A stretch of 64,000 nt of DNA, taken from positions 899,020 to 963,019 of the forward strand of contig OY761158.1 of assembly GCA_963664405.1 (NCBI GenBank), written 5' to 3'. Positions within the stretch are counted from its first letter, which is position 1; each line of letters starts with the position of its first letter. Shown here piece by piece: positions 7,590 through 15,596 of this stretch. Position numbers and translations under genes: made by a program. The DNA is from Thermoanaerobaculia bacterium. GTDB taxonomy: Bacteria > Acidobacteriota > Thermoanaerobaculia > Multivoradales > Multivoraceae. The notes beneath the pieces are model-generated. The model worked only from the letters and a program-made list of their open reading frames with translations, searched no databases and was not told the DNA's origin.

Positions 7590-9379
7590 TTGTCGCCCTC
7601 GATGAAGTACGTGCCGTTGGGCATGACGTGCTTGAACGGTAGCAGCGAGATGTGCGACAGATCCTCGTCGTCGATCGCCTCGCCCTCGGCTCGAAGCCGG
7701 TCGACGATCTCGCCGATCCGGACCGTGTTCCAGTACAGGATCGCGTTTGAGACGAGGCTCAGACAACTCGCCTTGTTCATGATCTCGACGTAGTCGCCGG
7801 TCGTGAACTCGCCTTGGTCGGCGAAGAAGATCCAGCGCGACAGCTTCTGTCGGTACTCTCCCTTGTTGAGCTGCTTCTGGACCGTCCGGCGCAGCTCTCG
7901 ATCGGTGAAGTATCGAAGGACGTAGTTCGTCTTCACCATGCGGCCGAGGCTGCGGACCGCCTTCGACAACCGATCGTGAGGAGACCCGCTAGTGAGGCGC
8001 TGTACGACCACGTTCGCTGGAGCCGTCCTCAGTTTGAGAGACCACGCGACCCGCATCATTGGATCCCACTGCTCCTCGATCAAGTCGAGGTCAACCGTCT
8101 TCCTCAGTAGAGGAGCGAACGCTCCTTCAGCCGAGGACCTCGATGGTCGATAGAGTTGCTGGCTCTTGAGGTTCTTGATCCGCGGCATGAAGTAGTACCC
8201 AGCAGGTAGCACAGAGCGAAGACGATCTCGGTGTAGCCATCCGTGTCGGTTGTATGTTCTCGGAGCCGGAGAATCGTGTTGTTATCGAGGAGACCGTCCA
8301 GGACGTAGAGCGCCTCCCGAGGACCACACGAGATCGCTCGCGTGCTGAAGACCGCGAACTGGTCGGAAACGTGCGTGTACAGGCTGATCCCTTTGTCGTA
8401 GTACCCGAAGTATCGGGGGTAGTACGACGCGAGGAGGCTGGCCGCACGGATCTTGAACCGCTGACCATCAGATGACGACGTCTGGCCATCGCCGTGGATG
8501 GCGCTCAGCGGTAGAGCGTGGTGAGCGTTGACGATGGCCGCGTTTGCATCATTCAGAGTCTCCTCCCGGATGTAGTAGTGGAGAACGTAGCGGAGCATGT
8601 CCAGAGTGACGCCGGTAACACTCGCGCTCATGGAAACGACGCCGAGGTTCGTTGCCTGGGAGATGATCGCTGCTAGCAGCGATTTGTAGAACTCCTCCGG
8701 CCTCGAGCGGTGTTGTTGTACCGGCAGGAAGCTCTGAGTAAAGCGGGTCGATCGATCGACATCCATGAGGAGCTGCTCGACCCGAACCAGCGGCAAGCTG
8801 GCGTTGATCATCTTCTGCAGTCGGCTCTCCGGCGGCTTCTTCTTGTCGTCTCGACGGAGCTTCAGCCTTCCTTGGTCGACCCGAGCGAATCGGTCCTGGC
8901 CATATCGACTGCCGGCTCGCCGGTTCCCGTCCTGAAACTCGTCGACAAGTCTCGGCCGCACCTCGGTAGGTTGGGGCTGCTCGAGGTCGGCAAATGAATC
9001 CGCCTTCGAATCCTCCCACCGATCGTCCGAGAGAAGGAGGTCCCAGAACGCAACGTGCTGTTTGCTCTCGGGGATGAATAGGTCCCCCGAGCGAAACGCG
9101 TCCCGGAGCGCCAGAGCCAGTCCGGTTTCCCAAGCGTTGCGATTGAGTGAGCCCGGCTCTTCTCCGGGAAGCACCGAGCGCAGGTCGCTCGCGACGAAGC
9201 CAGTCGGCGCGTCCGCGGGAAGGCTCTTGAGGGAGTCGCTCGAGTTCGTTCCCGGTCAACGACCAATCTCGGACAAGCTCGTCATCGGAAAGGCGCTCGG
9301 GTAGTGCAACCGCGTGGCGTCGCTGGCGGCCCGAGAGAAAGCGTTCCGGAGGAGGACGGTTTTCACTGATGCCGATCAC
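7586..9379 (-). pseudogene. tnpA: Tn3-family transposase TnpA remnant in three frames (9379-9260 N-terminus, 9174-8104 DDE region, 8212-7586 C-terminus); about 400 internal residues deleted
   Basis: Track ORFs 8549..9379, 8104..9174 and 7586..8212 hold, in order: the TnpA N-terminal motif (LSDDELVRDWSLT), the central DDE region (SSDGQRFKIRA...YFGYYDKGISLYTHVSDQFAVF...YVLDGLL...EHTTDTDGYTEIVFALCYLLG), and the C-terminal region (QLNKGEYRQKLSRWIFFADQGEF...LYWNTV...LSHISLLPFKHV). Total length is about 600 aa versus about 1000 for an intact TnpA. Confidence 0.8.
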
Positions 9380-9608
9380 CCCCTGGATTGTTCAGAGCAG
9401 TCCTCGTTCGTGGCGCCTCATGAGAGCGGTGACCGGGACGCGTAGTGCCTGATACTCAGGAGCCAGAGGGCTCGGGTGCGGTTTCAAGGTCGGACTACAC
9501 TAGCCCAACACGCTCTTCGTGAAGCTAGATAACGAACACGATAGGCGAAGAACGCGGAACCGTACCAAGGGCTGGGCAACTGGGACCGACCAACTGGCCA
9601 CTACCTCC

Positions 9609-9646
9609 GAGCGACCGGAACCGTAAGTTTTCGTTCAAATGCCCCC
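9609..9646 (-). repeat. Tn3-family terminal inverted repeat (right)
   Basis: Reverse complement of 9609-9646 matches IR-L at about 85%. Confidence 0.75.
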
Positions 9647-9653
9647 GCAGATC

Positions 9654-9815
9654 CATCCTGCGGAAGATCAGTATCACTTCCTCCGGATGCGGAATATGGC
9701 GCCGAGGACGGCGCATCCTGCGGAAGTGATCGGTATCACTTCCTTCGGATGCGGAATATGGCGCCGAGGACGGCGCACTTGGGCGTTGCTTCCTATCCGC
9801 TCCGGGGAACGGCAC
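9654..9815 (+). repeat. Tandem 62-64-bp repeat units; each unit holds a palindrome (GAAGTGAT-CGGT-ATCACTTC) plus the GC hairpin GGCGCCGAGGACGGCGC; member of a dispersed repeat family
   Basis: Two tandem copies of catcctgcggaag(tg)atc(g)gtatcacttcc(t)tcggatgcggaatatggcgccgaggacggcg, then cacttgggcgttgcttcctatccgctccggggaacgg. The same modules recur at 21016-21062 and 58281-58720. Confidence 0.6.
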
Positions 9816-9957
9816 AGGCAGAACCGAGCCGCGGCACCCCGTCCCCGGTTTCGTTTCCTGCCGCGCACTCCTCTAGCCGCCACTAGCTCAAGCGCTCAGA
9901 AACAAACTGCCCCGCTTCGACGTCAGAAGGGAAAGTCGAAAATCGAGGAGGAAGAAC

Positions 9958-10332
9958 ATGCATCGACCAACAACGCTGTGGTTCCTGGCTTTCGTAGTCG
10001 TCTCATTGGTGGGCCTTCCCGCCGCGGCCGGCGAGGGGGTTCTGGGAAAATGGGAGGCCGCCATCGAGACGCAGAGGGGTAGCAACGAGATCGTGATGGA
10101 GTTCAAGGGATCAGACGAAGAGCTCCAGGGAACGTGGACTGACGGACGTGGCGCCGCAGATCTCGACGACTTGAAGTACGCCGACGGCAAGCTCAGCTTC
10201 AAACGCGCTGTCGAGTTCCAGGGCAACTCCTTCACTCTCGGCTATGCGGCCACGGTCGACGGCGACACGATGAATGTCACGATGACAACGCCCCAAGGAG
10301 AGAGGGAGTTCACCGCCAAGCGCGCCAACTAA
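9958..10332 (+). CDS. Small secreted protein of unknown function (signal peptide plus beta-rich domain)
   Basis: Strong Shine-Dalgarno (ggaggaagaacATG). N-terminal hydrophobic signal LWFLAFVVVSLVGLPAAAG. Confidence 0.6.
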   Translation: MHRPTTLWFLAFVVVSLVGLPAAAGEGVLGKWEAAIETQRGSNEIVMEFKGSDEELQGTWTDGRGAADLDDLKYADGKLSFKRAVEFQGNSFTLGYAATVDGDTMNVTMTTPQGEREFTAKRAN

Positions 10333-10353
10333 CGCCACCCGCAAGCAACGCGC

Positions 10354-10944
10354 TCAGTTGACCGCGCTTGTCCCCGACTCGCGGTACTCCTCCGAGAGCT
10401 GGCGGAGGACGGAGAGCATCGACTCGCCGTCGTAGACGCCGCCGAAGAGCCAGTTGTCGAGCAGTATCGTCGGCACGCCGGTGACGCCAAGGGCGAACGC
10501 TTCGCGGGTGCTGTCTTCGACACTCTCGAAGCCGTGCTCCTCGTCGGCAAGCGGGTCCACACCGACCAGCTCCTTCGCCAGTTGGAGCAGGGTAGGTGTC
10601 AGCTGGGGCGTCTTGTGCTCGAAGATGGAACCGAAGACCTCCTTGCGCCAGCGTGCTTCCGCGCTTGGAGAATCCGTGTGGAGCGCCACCACAGAGGCGG
10701 GCCGGGAGTCGAGCCAAGGATCCGGCATCTCCGCGCGGACGCCAAGGGACCTCCCCGTCTCGCGAACAGAATTTCGAATCTCCTCGCGAAAGGAATCACC
10801 CCGACCCCAAGGTGCGGCCATCGTGAGGTCGATCGGGCGCCATTCGAGCTCCACGCCAAGCTCGGCGATCTCCTCTTCGATGTTTGAAAGCACGCAATGG
10901 GCCACGTAGCAGAGGGTCGACGCGAAGTCGTAGTAGACCCGCAT
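10354..10944 (-). CDS. DsbA/FrnE-like thioredoxin-fold oxidoreductase
   Basis: MRVYYDFASTLCYVAH... is a DsbA-like N-terminus with a redox-motif region. I trimmed the start to the internal ATG because the track ORF start overlaps the divergent neighbouring gene. Confidence 0.6.
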   Translation of the reverse strand: MRVYYDFASTLCYVAHCVLSNIEEEIAELGVELEWRPIDLTMAAPWGRGDSFREEIRNSVRETGRSLGVRAEMPDPWLDSRPASVVALHTDSPSAEARWRKEVFGSIFEHKTPQLTPTLLQLAKELVGVDPLADEEHGFESVEDSTREAFALGVTGVPTILLDNWLFGGVYDGESMLSVLRQLSEEYRESGTSAVN

Positions 10945-11053
10945 GCTGACGATTTCCATCGTGTCGCTATTCTTGGCGCAAACGAGGCTCCTGTCCAGCT
11001 CGAGGCGACAATCGATTAGGATCAGGGTCGTAAGTACAGAAAACGGGAGGATC

Positions 11054-11842
11054 ATGAGCTACGAACGGATCAAGCTCGAGTTCGAAGGAAACGTCGCCGT
11101 CCTGCGCTTCAATCATCCGGAGGTCCTGAACGCCATTGGCGCCCAGATGGTCGGTGAGATTGCCGACGCCATTGCAGAAATCGAGGACCCCAGCAACGGC
11201 GCGCGCTGTCTGCTGATCACCGGCGAGGGAAGAGCCTTCTGCTCCGGCGCGAACCTGGCGGATAGCGGTCGAGAGCAGCGGTCCGGGGGAGCGAGAGGGA
11301 TGCTGCGCGGCAACTATCATCCCATTCTGTGCGCCTTGCGGGACCTCGAGATGCCCATCGTCAGCGCCGTCCACGGGGCGGCGGCCGGAGTCGGGATGAG
11401 CTTCGCGATCATGGCCGACATCGTTTGCGCCTCGAAGGAAGGTTACTTCCTGCAAGCCTTCGCCAGGATCGGGTTGGTTCCCGACGGCGGCGCCACCTTT
11501 CTGCTGCCGCGGCTCGTCGGATGGGGCCGAGCCGCCGAGCTGGCGTTGTTGGCGGAGAAGCTGCCGGCGGAGAAGGCGCTGGAGTGGGGATTGGTGAATC
11601 GACTCTACGACGACCAGGAGAGCTTGATGGAGGGGGCGATGGAAATGGCTCAGAGATTGGCGAACGGGCCGCGGTCCCTGGCGCTGATCCGCAGGGCCTT
11701 ATGGGCCACCTGGCAGCACGCCTACGAACAGCAGTTGGATCTGGAGGCCCGCCTCCAAGGTGAGGCCTCACGGAGCGAAGACGCCCGCGAAGGCGGGCTC
11801 GCCTTCCTTGAAAAGCGGAAGCCGGACTTCAAGGGCAGGTAG
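11054..11842 (+). CDS. Enoyl-CoA hydratase/isomerase (crotonase) family protein
   Basis: MSYERIKLEFEGNVAVLRFNHPEVLNA...ITGEGRAFCSGANL...VHGAAAGVGMSFA... is the crotonase fold signature. GGGAGG Shine-Dalgarno lies upstream. Confidence 0.85.
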   Translation: MSYERIKLEFEGNVAVLRFNHPEVLNAIGAQMVGEIADAIAEIEDPSNGARCLLITGEGRAFCSGANLADSGREQRSGGARGMLRGNYHPILCALRDLEMPIVSAVHGAAAGVGMSFAIMADIVCASKEGYFLQAFARIGLVPDGGATFLLPRLVGWGRAAELALLAEKLPAEKALEWGLVNRLYDDQESLMEGAMEMAQRLANGPRSLALIRRALWATWQHAYEQQLDLEARLQGEASRSEDAREGGLAFLEKRKPDFKGR

Positions 11843-11884
11843 GGGCGGGCCCCGGCTTTTCTGCGACTCTCAAAGGAGACAAGA

Positions 11885-12253
11885 ATGAAGGTGGTACGGG
11901 TATACGCGGGCGACGACGGCGAGTCACATTTCGAAGACGTGGAGATCGCGACTGAGGCGCGCGGCGTTGGCGGGCGACTGTCGAGACTGATCCAAGGCAG
12001 CGGAGTGATTTTCCGCGAAGTCGACGGGAGTTACGATCTCGACTTCCATACCGCTCCGCGGCGGCAATTCGTCGTAAATCTGACCGGCTCAGTCGACATC
12101 ACGGTCGGCGATGGCACAGTTCGACGCCTGGGCTCCGGCGAGATCCTCCTCGCCGAAGACACCACCGGCCACGGCCACAAGAGCCACGCGGTAGAAGGCC
12201 AACCCCGCTCATGCCTCTTCATACCGCTCAGTGACGATGCCGAAGTAGCGTAG
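11885..12253 (+). CDS. Cupin-domain protein
   Basis: 122 aa. Small beta-barrel-like sequence with a His cluster (TTGHGHKSHAVEG). AAGGAG Shine-Dalgarno. Confidence 0.55.
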   Translation: MKVVRVYAGDDGESHFEDVEIATEARGVGGRLSRLIQGSGVIFREVDGSYDLDFHTAPRRQFVVNLTGSVDITVGDGTVRRLGSGEILLAEDTTGHGHKSHAVEGQPRSCLFIPLSDDAEVA

Positions 12254-12322
12254 GGCCGGGTGCCGTGGAGGCCCGGCAGCACTCGGCTTTCATCAGACAT
12301 CGACGATCTCCTCTCTCCCTTT

Positions 12323-13489
12323 TCAGTGCAGTGAACGGCCGATGAGGTTGCGCGCAATGATCAGTCGCTGGATCTCGTTCGGACCCTCGCCGACGCGACG
12401 GATGCGCAGCTCCCGCCACCAACGCTCCAAGGGTAGATCCTTGGTCATGCCATAGCCGCCGTGAATCTGCATAACTCGATCCACCACTCTTGCCGAGGCC
12501 TCGGTCCCGATCAACTTGGCCATCGCTGCTTCGGTACGGAACGAAAGCCCGCGATTCGCCCGGTCCGCGGCGGCAAGAACAAAGTAGCGCGCCGTGCGGA
12601 TGTCTGTCTCGTTGTCGACGATCATCCATTGAATCGCCTGCCGTGTCGCGAGAACGTCTCCGAAGGTCTCTCGAACATTGACGTAGTCGATCGCCATCTC
12701 CTGAGCCTTGATCGCCAACCCGATGCAGCCCGCGGCGTAGGGGATCCGCTGTCGCGAAACCCGGTCGGTGGCGATCGCGAAGCCACCATTGACCTCGCCG
12801 AGAACATTGGCGGCCGGCACGCGAAGATCCTTGATCTCGATCTCGGTGGCGTAATGGCTCGAACGCAGGGTGTGGATGACACGACGCACATGAAAGCCGG
12901 GCATGTCGGTATCGATCAGAAAACAACTAATCCCCTCGCGCCCCAGAGTTGGATCCGTACGCGCGAAGATCAATCCGAAATCTGCCTTGTCGGCACCGGA
13001 GATGAAGGTCTTCTCGCCGTTGAGAATCCAATCGTCGCCCTGGCGCACGGCCGTGGTCCGGATCGCCCTAGCGGGGTCGCTCCCGCCGGACGGCTCTGTT
13101 AGGCCGAAGAAACCGCGCTTCTCCCCGCGCAGCGTGGGATACAAGTAGAGCTCCTTCTGAGCGTCATCGGCTTCGTAGAGCTGCGCCAGACCGGCTCCAC
13201 CGAAAACGCCGTAGCAGGGGGCATAGAGGCCGGCCCGGTGCTGGGACATTTCGATCGCCATCAGCGTGCGCGTAACGATATCGATACCCGGGCCGCCATA
13301 CTCCTCCGGGATGTCCAGTCCATAGAAGCCCATCTCTTTGACCTTGGCTACGAGTCGAGCACGATCCTCAGCCTCGAGCTCACTGGCATCGGGGTCGAGC
13401 GCACCCTCGAGAGGGGCGATCTCTTCCTGGACGAAACGGCGAACAGTCTCGACAATGAGGCGCTGTTCCTGGTCTGGCTCGAAGTCCAT
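12323..13489 (-). CDS. Acyl-CoA dehydrogenase
   Basis: 388 aa with the ACAD N-terminal, middle and C-terminal signatures (GLTEPSGGSDPA..., ...QIHGGYGMTKDLPLERWWRELRI...). Confidence 0.9.
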   Translation of the reverse strand: MDFEPDQEQRLIVETVRRFVQEEIAPLEGALDPDASELEAEDRARLVAKVKEMGFYGLDIPEEYGGPGIDIVTRTLMAIEMSQHRAGLYAPCYGVFGGAGLAQLYEADDAQKELYLYPTLRGEKRGFFGLTEPSGGSDPARAIRTTAVRQGDDWILNGEKTFISGADKADFGLIFARTDPTLGREGISCFLIDTDMPGFHVRRVIHTLRSSHYATEIEIKDLRVPAANVLGEVNGGFAIATDRVSRQRIPYAAGCIGLAIKAQEMAIDYVNVRETFGDVLATRQAIQWMIVDNETDIRTARYFVLAAADRANRGLSFRTEAAMAKLIGTEASARVVDRVMQIHGGYGMTKDLPLERWWRELRIRRVGEGPNEIQRLIIARNLIGRSLH

Positions 13490-13499
13490 CTTGGCCTCC

Positions 13500-13835
13500 T
13501 CAGGCTGGGCTCAGCCGGCCCAAAGTGGCGACATCGTCGTTGTTGTCGCGGGGAAGCTCACCGTGATCGGCAAGGTGGAGCATCAGCAGCTCCTGGTATC
13601 GACTCATGTACTGCATCGTTACTTCGCAGCGGAAGAGGAACGACCCTTCGCCCCGCGCTGAGAGTTGCGAAGAGAGCTCGCTCCGAAGGCCGAAGAGAGA
13701 GTGACCGCCAGCGTAGCCGATCAGGAGGATCGTCTCAGCCTCGTCTGCCAGCTGATATACGCCCAGCTGGCCGGGTAAGGCCTCGACGCTCCCTTCGTCG
13801 AGAATTCGCCAGGGCTTGTCGAGACGAATGGACAT
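13500..13835 (-). CDS. Small hypothetical protein with a GIY-YIG-like motif (GVY-x10-LIGYAG), upstream in the operon with the acyl-CoA dehydrogenase
   Basis: 111 aa. Spacing and residues resemble the GIY-YIG nuclease-fold motif plus downstream R and E residues. The stop lies 11 nt before the ACAD start. Confidence 0.4.
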   Translation of the reverse strand: MSIRLDKPWRILDEGSVEALPGQLGVYQLADEAETILLIGYAGGHSLFGLRSELSSQLSARGEGSFLFRCEVTMQYMSRYQELLMLHLADHGELPRDNNDDVATLGRLSPA

Positions 13836-14237
13836 GGCGCTCCATCATATCGAGGCGCGAGAAATTCCATCGCGCAACCTTGATCCAAAGAGCGAGGAAG
13901 TAGAGAGTGACTCGACTCTCGACTGCGTGGCTGCCCGGTGCCGAGCTCCTCCTGCTGCCTGGAGAGCTGCGACCCGGCGCGGCAAAGATCCCGCGCCCTA
14001 CCTCGAAGCTCTCCGACTCATGGCCGAGTTCCAACTACCAACTGGGTCCAGAAAGCGCTCCCTACCTCTCGCGGCCCGATCTCGCGCTCGGCGGCTTTCG
14101 TCGCAGCCTGACCCATTGGGAGATTCGAGTGGACTACGTCCAGCACAATATCTCGGCACTGCTGGGCTCCGAGATTCTCCTCGAAGAAGCCTCATCGAGC
14201 GCTAAAACGGGGAGCCACCGGGAGTAGAATCGACTCC

Positions 14238-15395
14238 ATGCAACTCAAGTACGGATGCAACCCCAGCCAGGCCTTCGCGTCGATCGAGCCGATCGACCCG
14301 GCGACGAATCCCGTCCGCGTGCTCAACGGTACGCCCTCCTTCATCAATTTCTGCGATGCCCTCAACGCCTGGCAATTGGTCCACGAGACCCGCGCCGCCC
14401 TCGGTCTGACCGCCGCTGCGAGCTTCAAGCATGTCTCGCCGGCTGGTGCGGCTGTCGCCGTCGACTTGTCTGACGAGCTGCGAGCGGTCTACGAAGTGGG
14501 TGAGATCGATCTGACACCGGCCGCGACGGCCTACCTTCGCGCTCGCGGGGCCGATCCGAAGAGCAGCTTCGGAGACTTCGTTTCGCTTTCCGACCCGGTC
14601 GATATGGCGACCGCGACATTCCTCAAAAGGGTGATCTCCGATGGGATCGTCGCGCCAAGTTACGAAGAAGGAGCCATGGAGCTGCTCGCCTCCAAGAAGG
14701 GCGGCAGCTTCATCGTCATGGAGGCCGACCCCGACTTCACTCCCCCAGCCCGCGAATCTCGTGAGATCTTCGGCATGAAGATGGCGCAAGATCGCCACGA
14801 CCACCAGGCGTCCCCCGCCGATGTCTCGAACGTCGTCGTCGGCGAGATGCCCGACGAGGCGATCCGCGATCTGGTGATGGGGCTCGTTGCCATCAAATAC
14901 ACCCAGTCGAACTCGGTGGGCTACGCGCTCGACGGCCAGATGATCGGCATCGGCGCCGGGCAGCAGTCGCGCGTCGACTGCACCAAACTGGCCGGAGCGA
15001 AGGCCGACGTGTGGCACCTCGGCCGCCACCCCAAAGTCTTGGGTCTCCATTTCAAAGACGAAGTGAGCCGCCAACAGCGGATCAACTGGCGCGTGCGCTA
15101 CATCGAGGGAGACCTCACCGCCCTCGAAGAAGCGGCTTTCGCAGAGGGGCAGGAGTCAGCGGCCGAGCCGCTGAGCGACGACGAGAGGCGCGACTGGATC
15201 GCAACGCTCGACGGTGTTTCGATGATCTCAGACGGATTCATCCCTTTTCGCGACAATATCGATCATGCACAGCGCCATGGCGTAAGCTACATCGTCCAGC
15301 CCGGTGGCTCCAATCGCGACGAAGAGGTGAATCAGGCCTGTCGCGAATACGGCATCGCTATGGCTCACTCTGCCGTCCGCCTCTTCCACCACTAG
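14238..15395 (+). CDS. AICAR transformylase-domain protein (PurH C-terminal AICARFT domain only; no IMP cyclohydrolase/MGS domain)
   Basis: YGCNPSQ..., KHVSPAGAAVA..., C-terminal GVSYIVQPGGSNRDEEVNQACREYGIAMAHSAVRLFHH match AICARFT signatures. A 400-bp leader precedes it. Confidence 0.8.
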   Translation: MQLKYGCNPSQAFASIEPIDPATNPVRVLNGTPSFINFCDALNAWQLVHETRAALGLTAAASFKHVSPAGAAVAVDLSDELRAVYEVGEIDLTPAATAYLRARGADPKSSFGDFVSLSDPVDMATATFLKRVISDGIVAPSYEEGAMELLASKKGGSFIVMEADPDFTPPARESREIFGMKMAQDRHDHQASPADVSNVVVGEMPDEAIRDLVMGLVAIKYTQSNSVGYALDGQMIGIGAGQQSRVDCTKLAGAKADVWHLGRHPKVLGLHFKDEVSRQQRINWRVRYIEGDLTALEEAAFAEGQESAAEPLSDDERRDWIATLDGVSMISDGFIPFRDNIDHAQRHGVSYIVQPGGSNRDEEVNQACREYGIAMAHSAVRLFHH

Positions 15396-15596
15396 CGGCC
15401 GACCGTCCAGGGCACCCCACCTCGCCGCGTGCTCGTCGCGCAGCTCCTCGGAGTACGCCAAAGTACGCCTGCGTCGCCTCGCTCCTGCGCAGCGGCGATC
15501 TGGGGCACCCTGAACGCTCGGCCTGAGTTGCAACTCCCATCATCCGGAATCCGGGCGGCGCCGTATAGGAGGGTAGACTCTCCTTAGAGCCCTCTG

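Larger units (their letters stand above)
7508..9646 (-). mobile_element. Tn3-family transposon remnant, about 2.1 kb, with 38-bp terminal inverted repeats and an internally deleted, frameshifted tnpA
   Basis: IR-L is GGGGCCATTTGAACGAAAACCTACCGGTTTCGGTGCC at 7508-7545. IR-R is its reverse complement, GGGGGCATTTGAACGAAAACTTACGGTTCCGG, at 9609-9646. The GGGG...ACGAAAAC core is typical of Tn3-family IRs. TnpA fragments lie on the minus strand between them. Confidence 0.8.

Noticed and set aside
9654-9815. Possible CRISPR array (tandem repeats next to mobile elements)
   Set aside because: There are only two degenerate 62-64-bp units directly abutting each other with no unique spacers. The same modules recur elsewhere as parts of a dispersed repeat family. 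No cas genes are nearby.
9639-10082. Track ORF overlapping the tandem repeats and the start of the secreted-protein gene
   Set aside because: It is Arg/Pro-rich low-complexity translation across repeats. The co-directional ORF 9958..10332 has a strong Shine-Dalgarno and a signal peptide instead.
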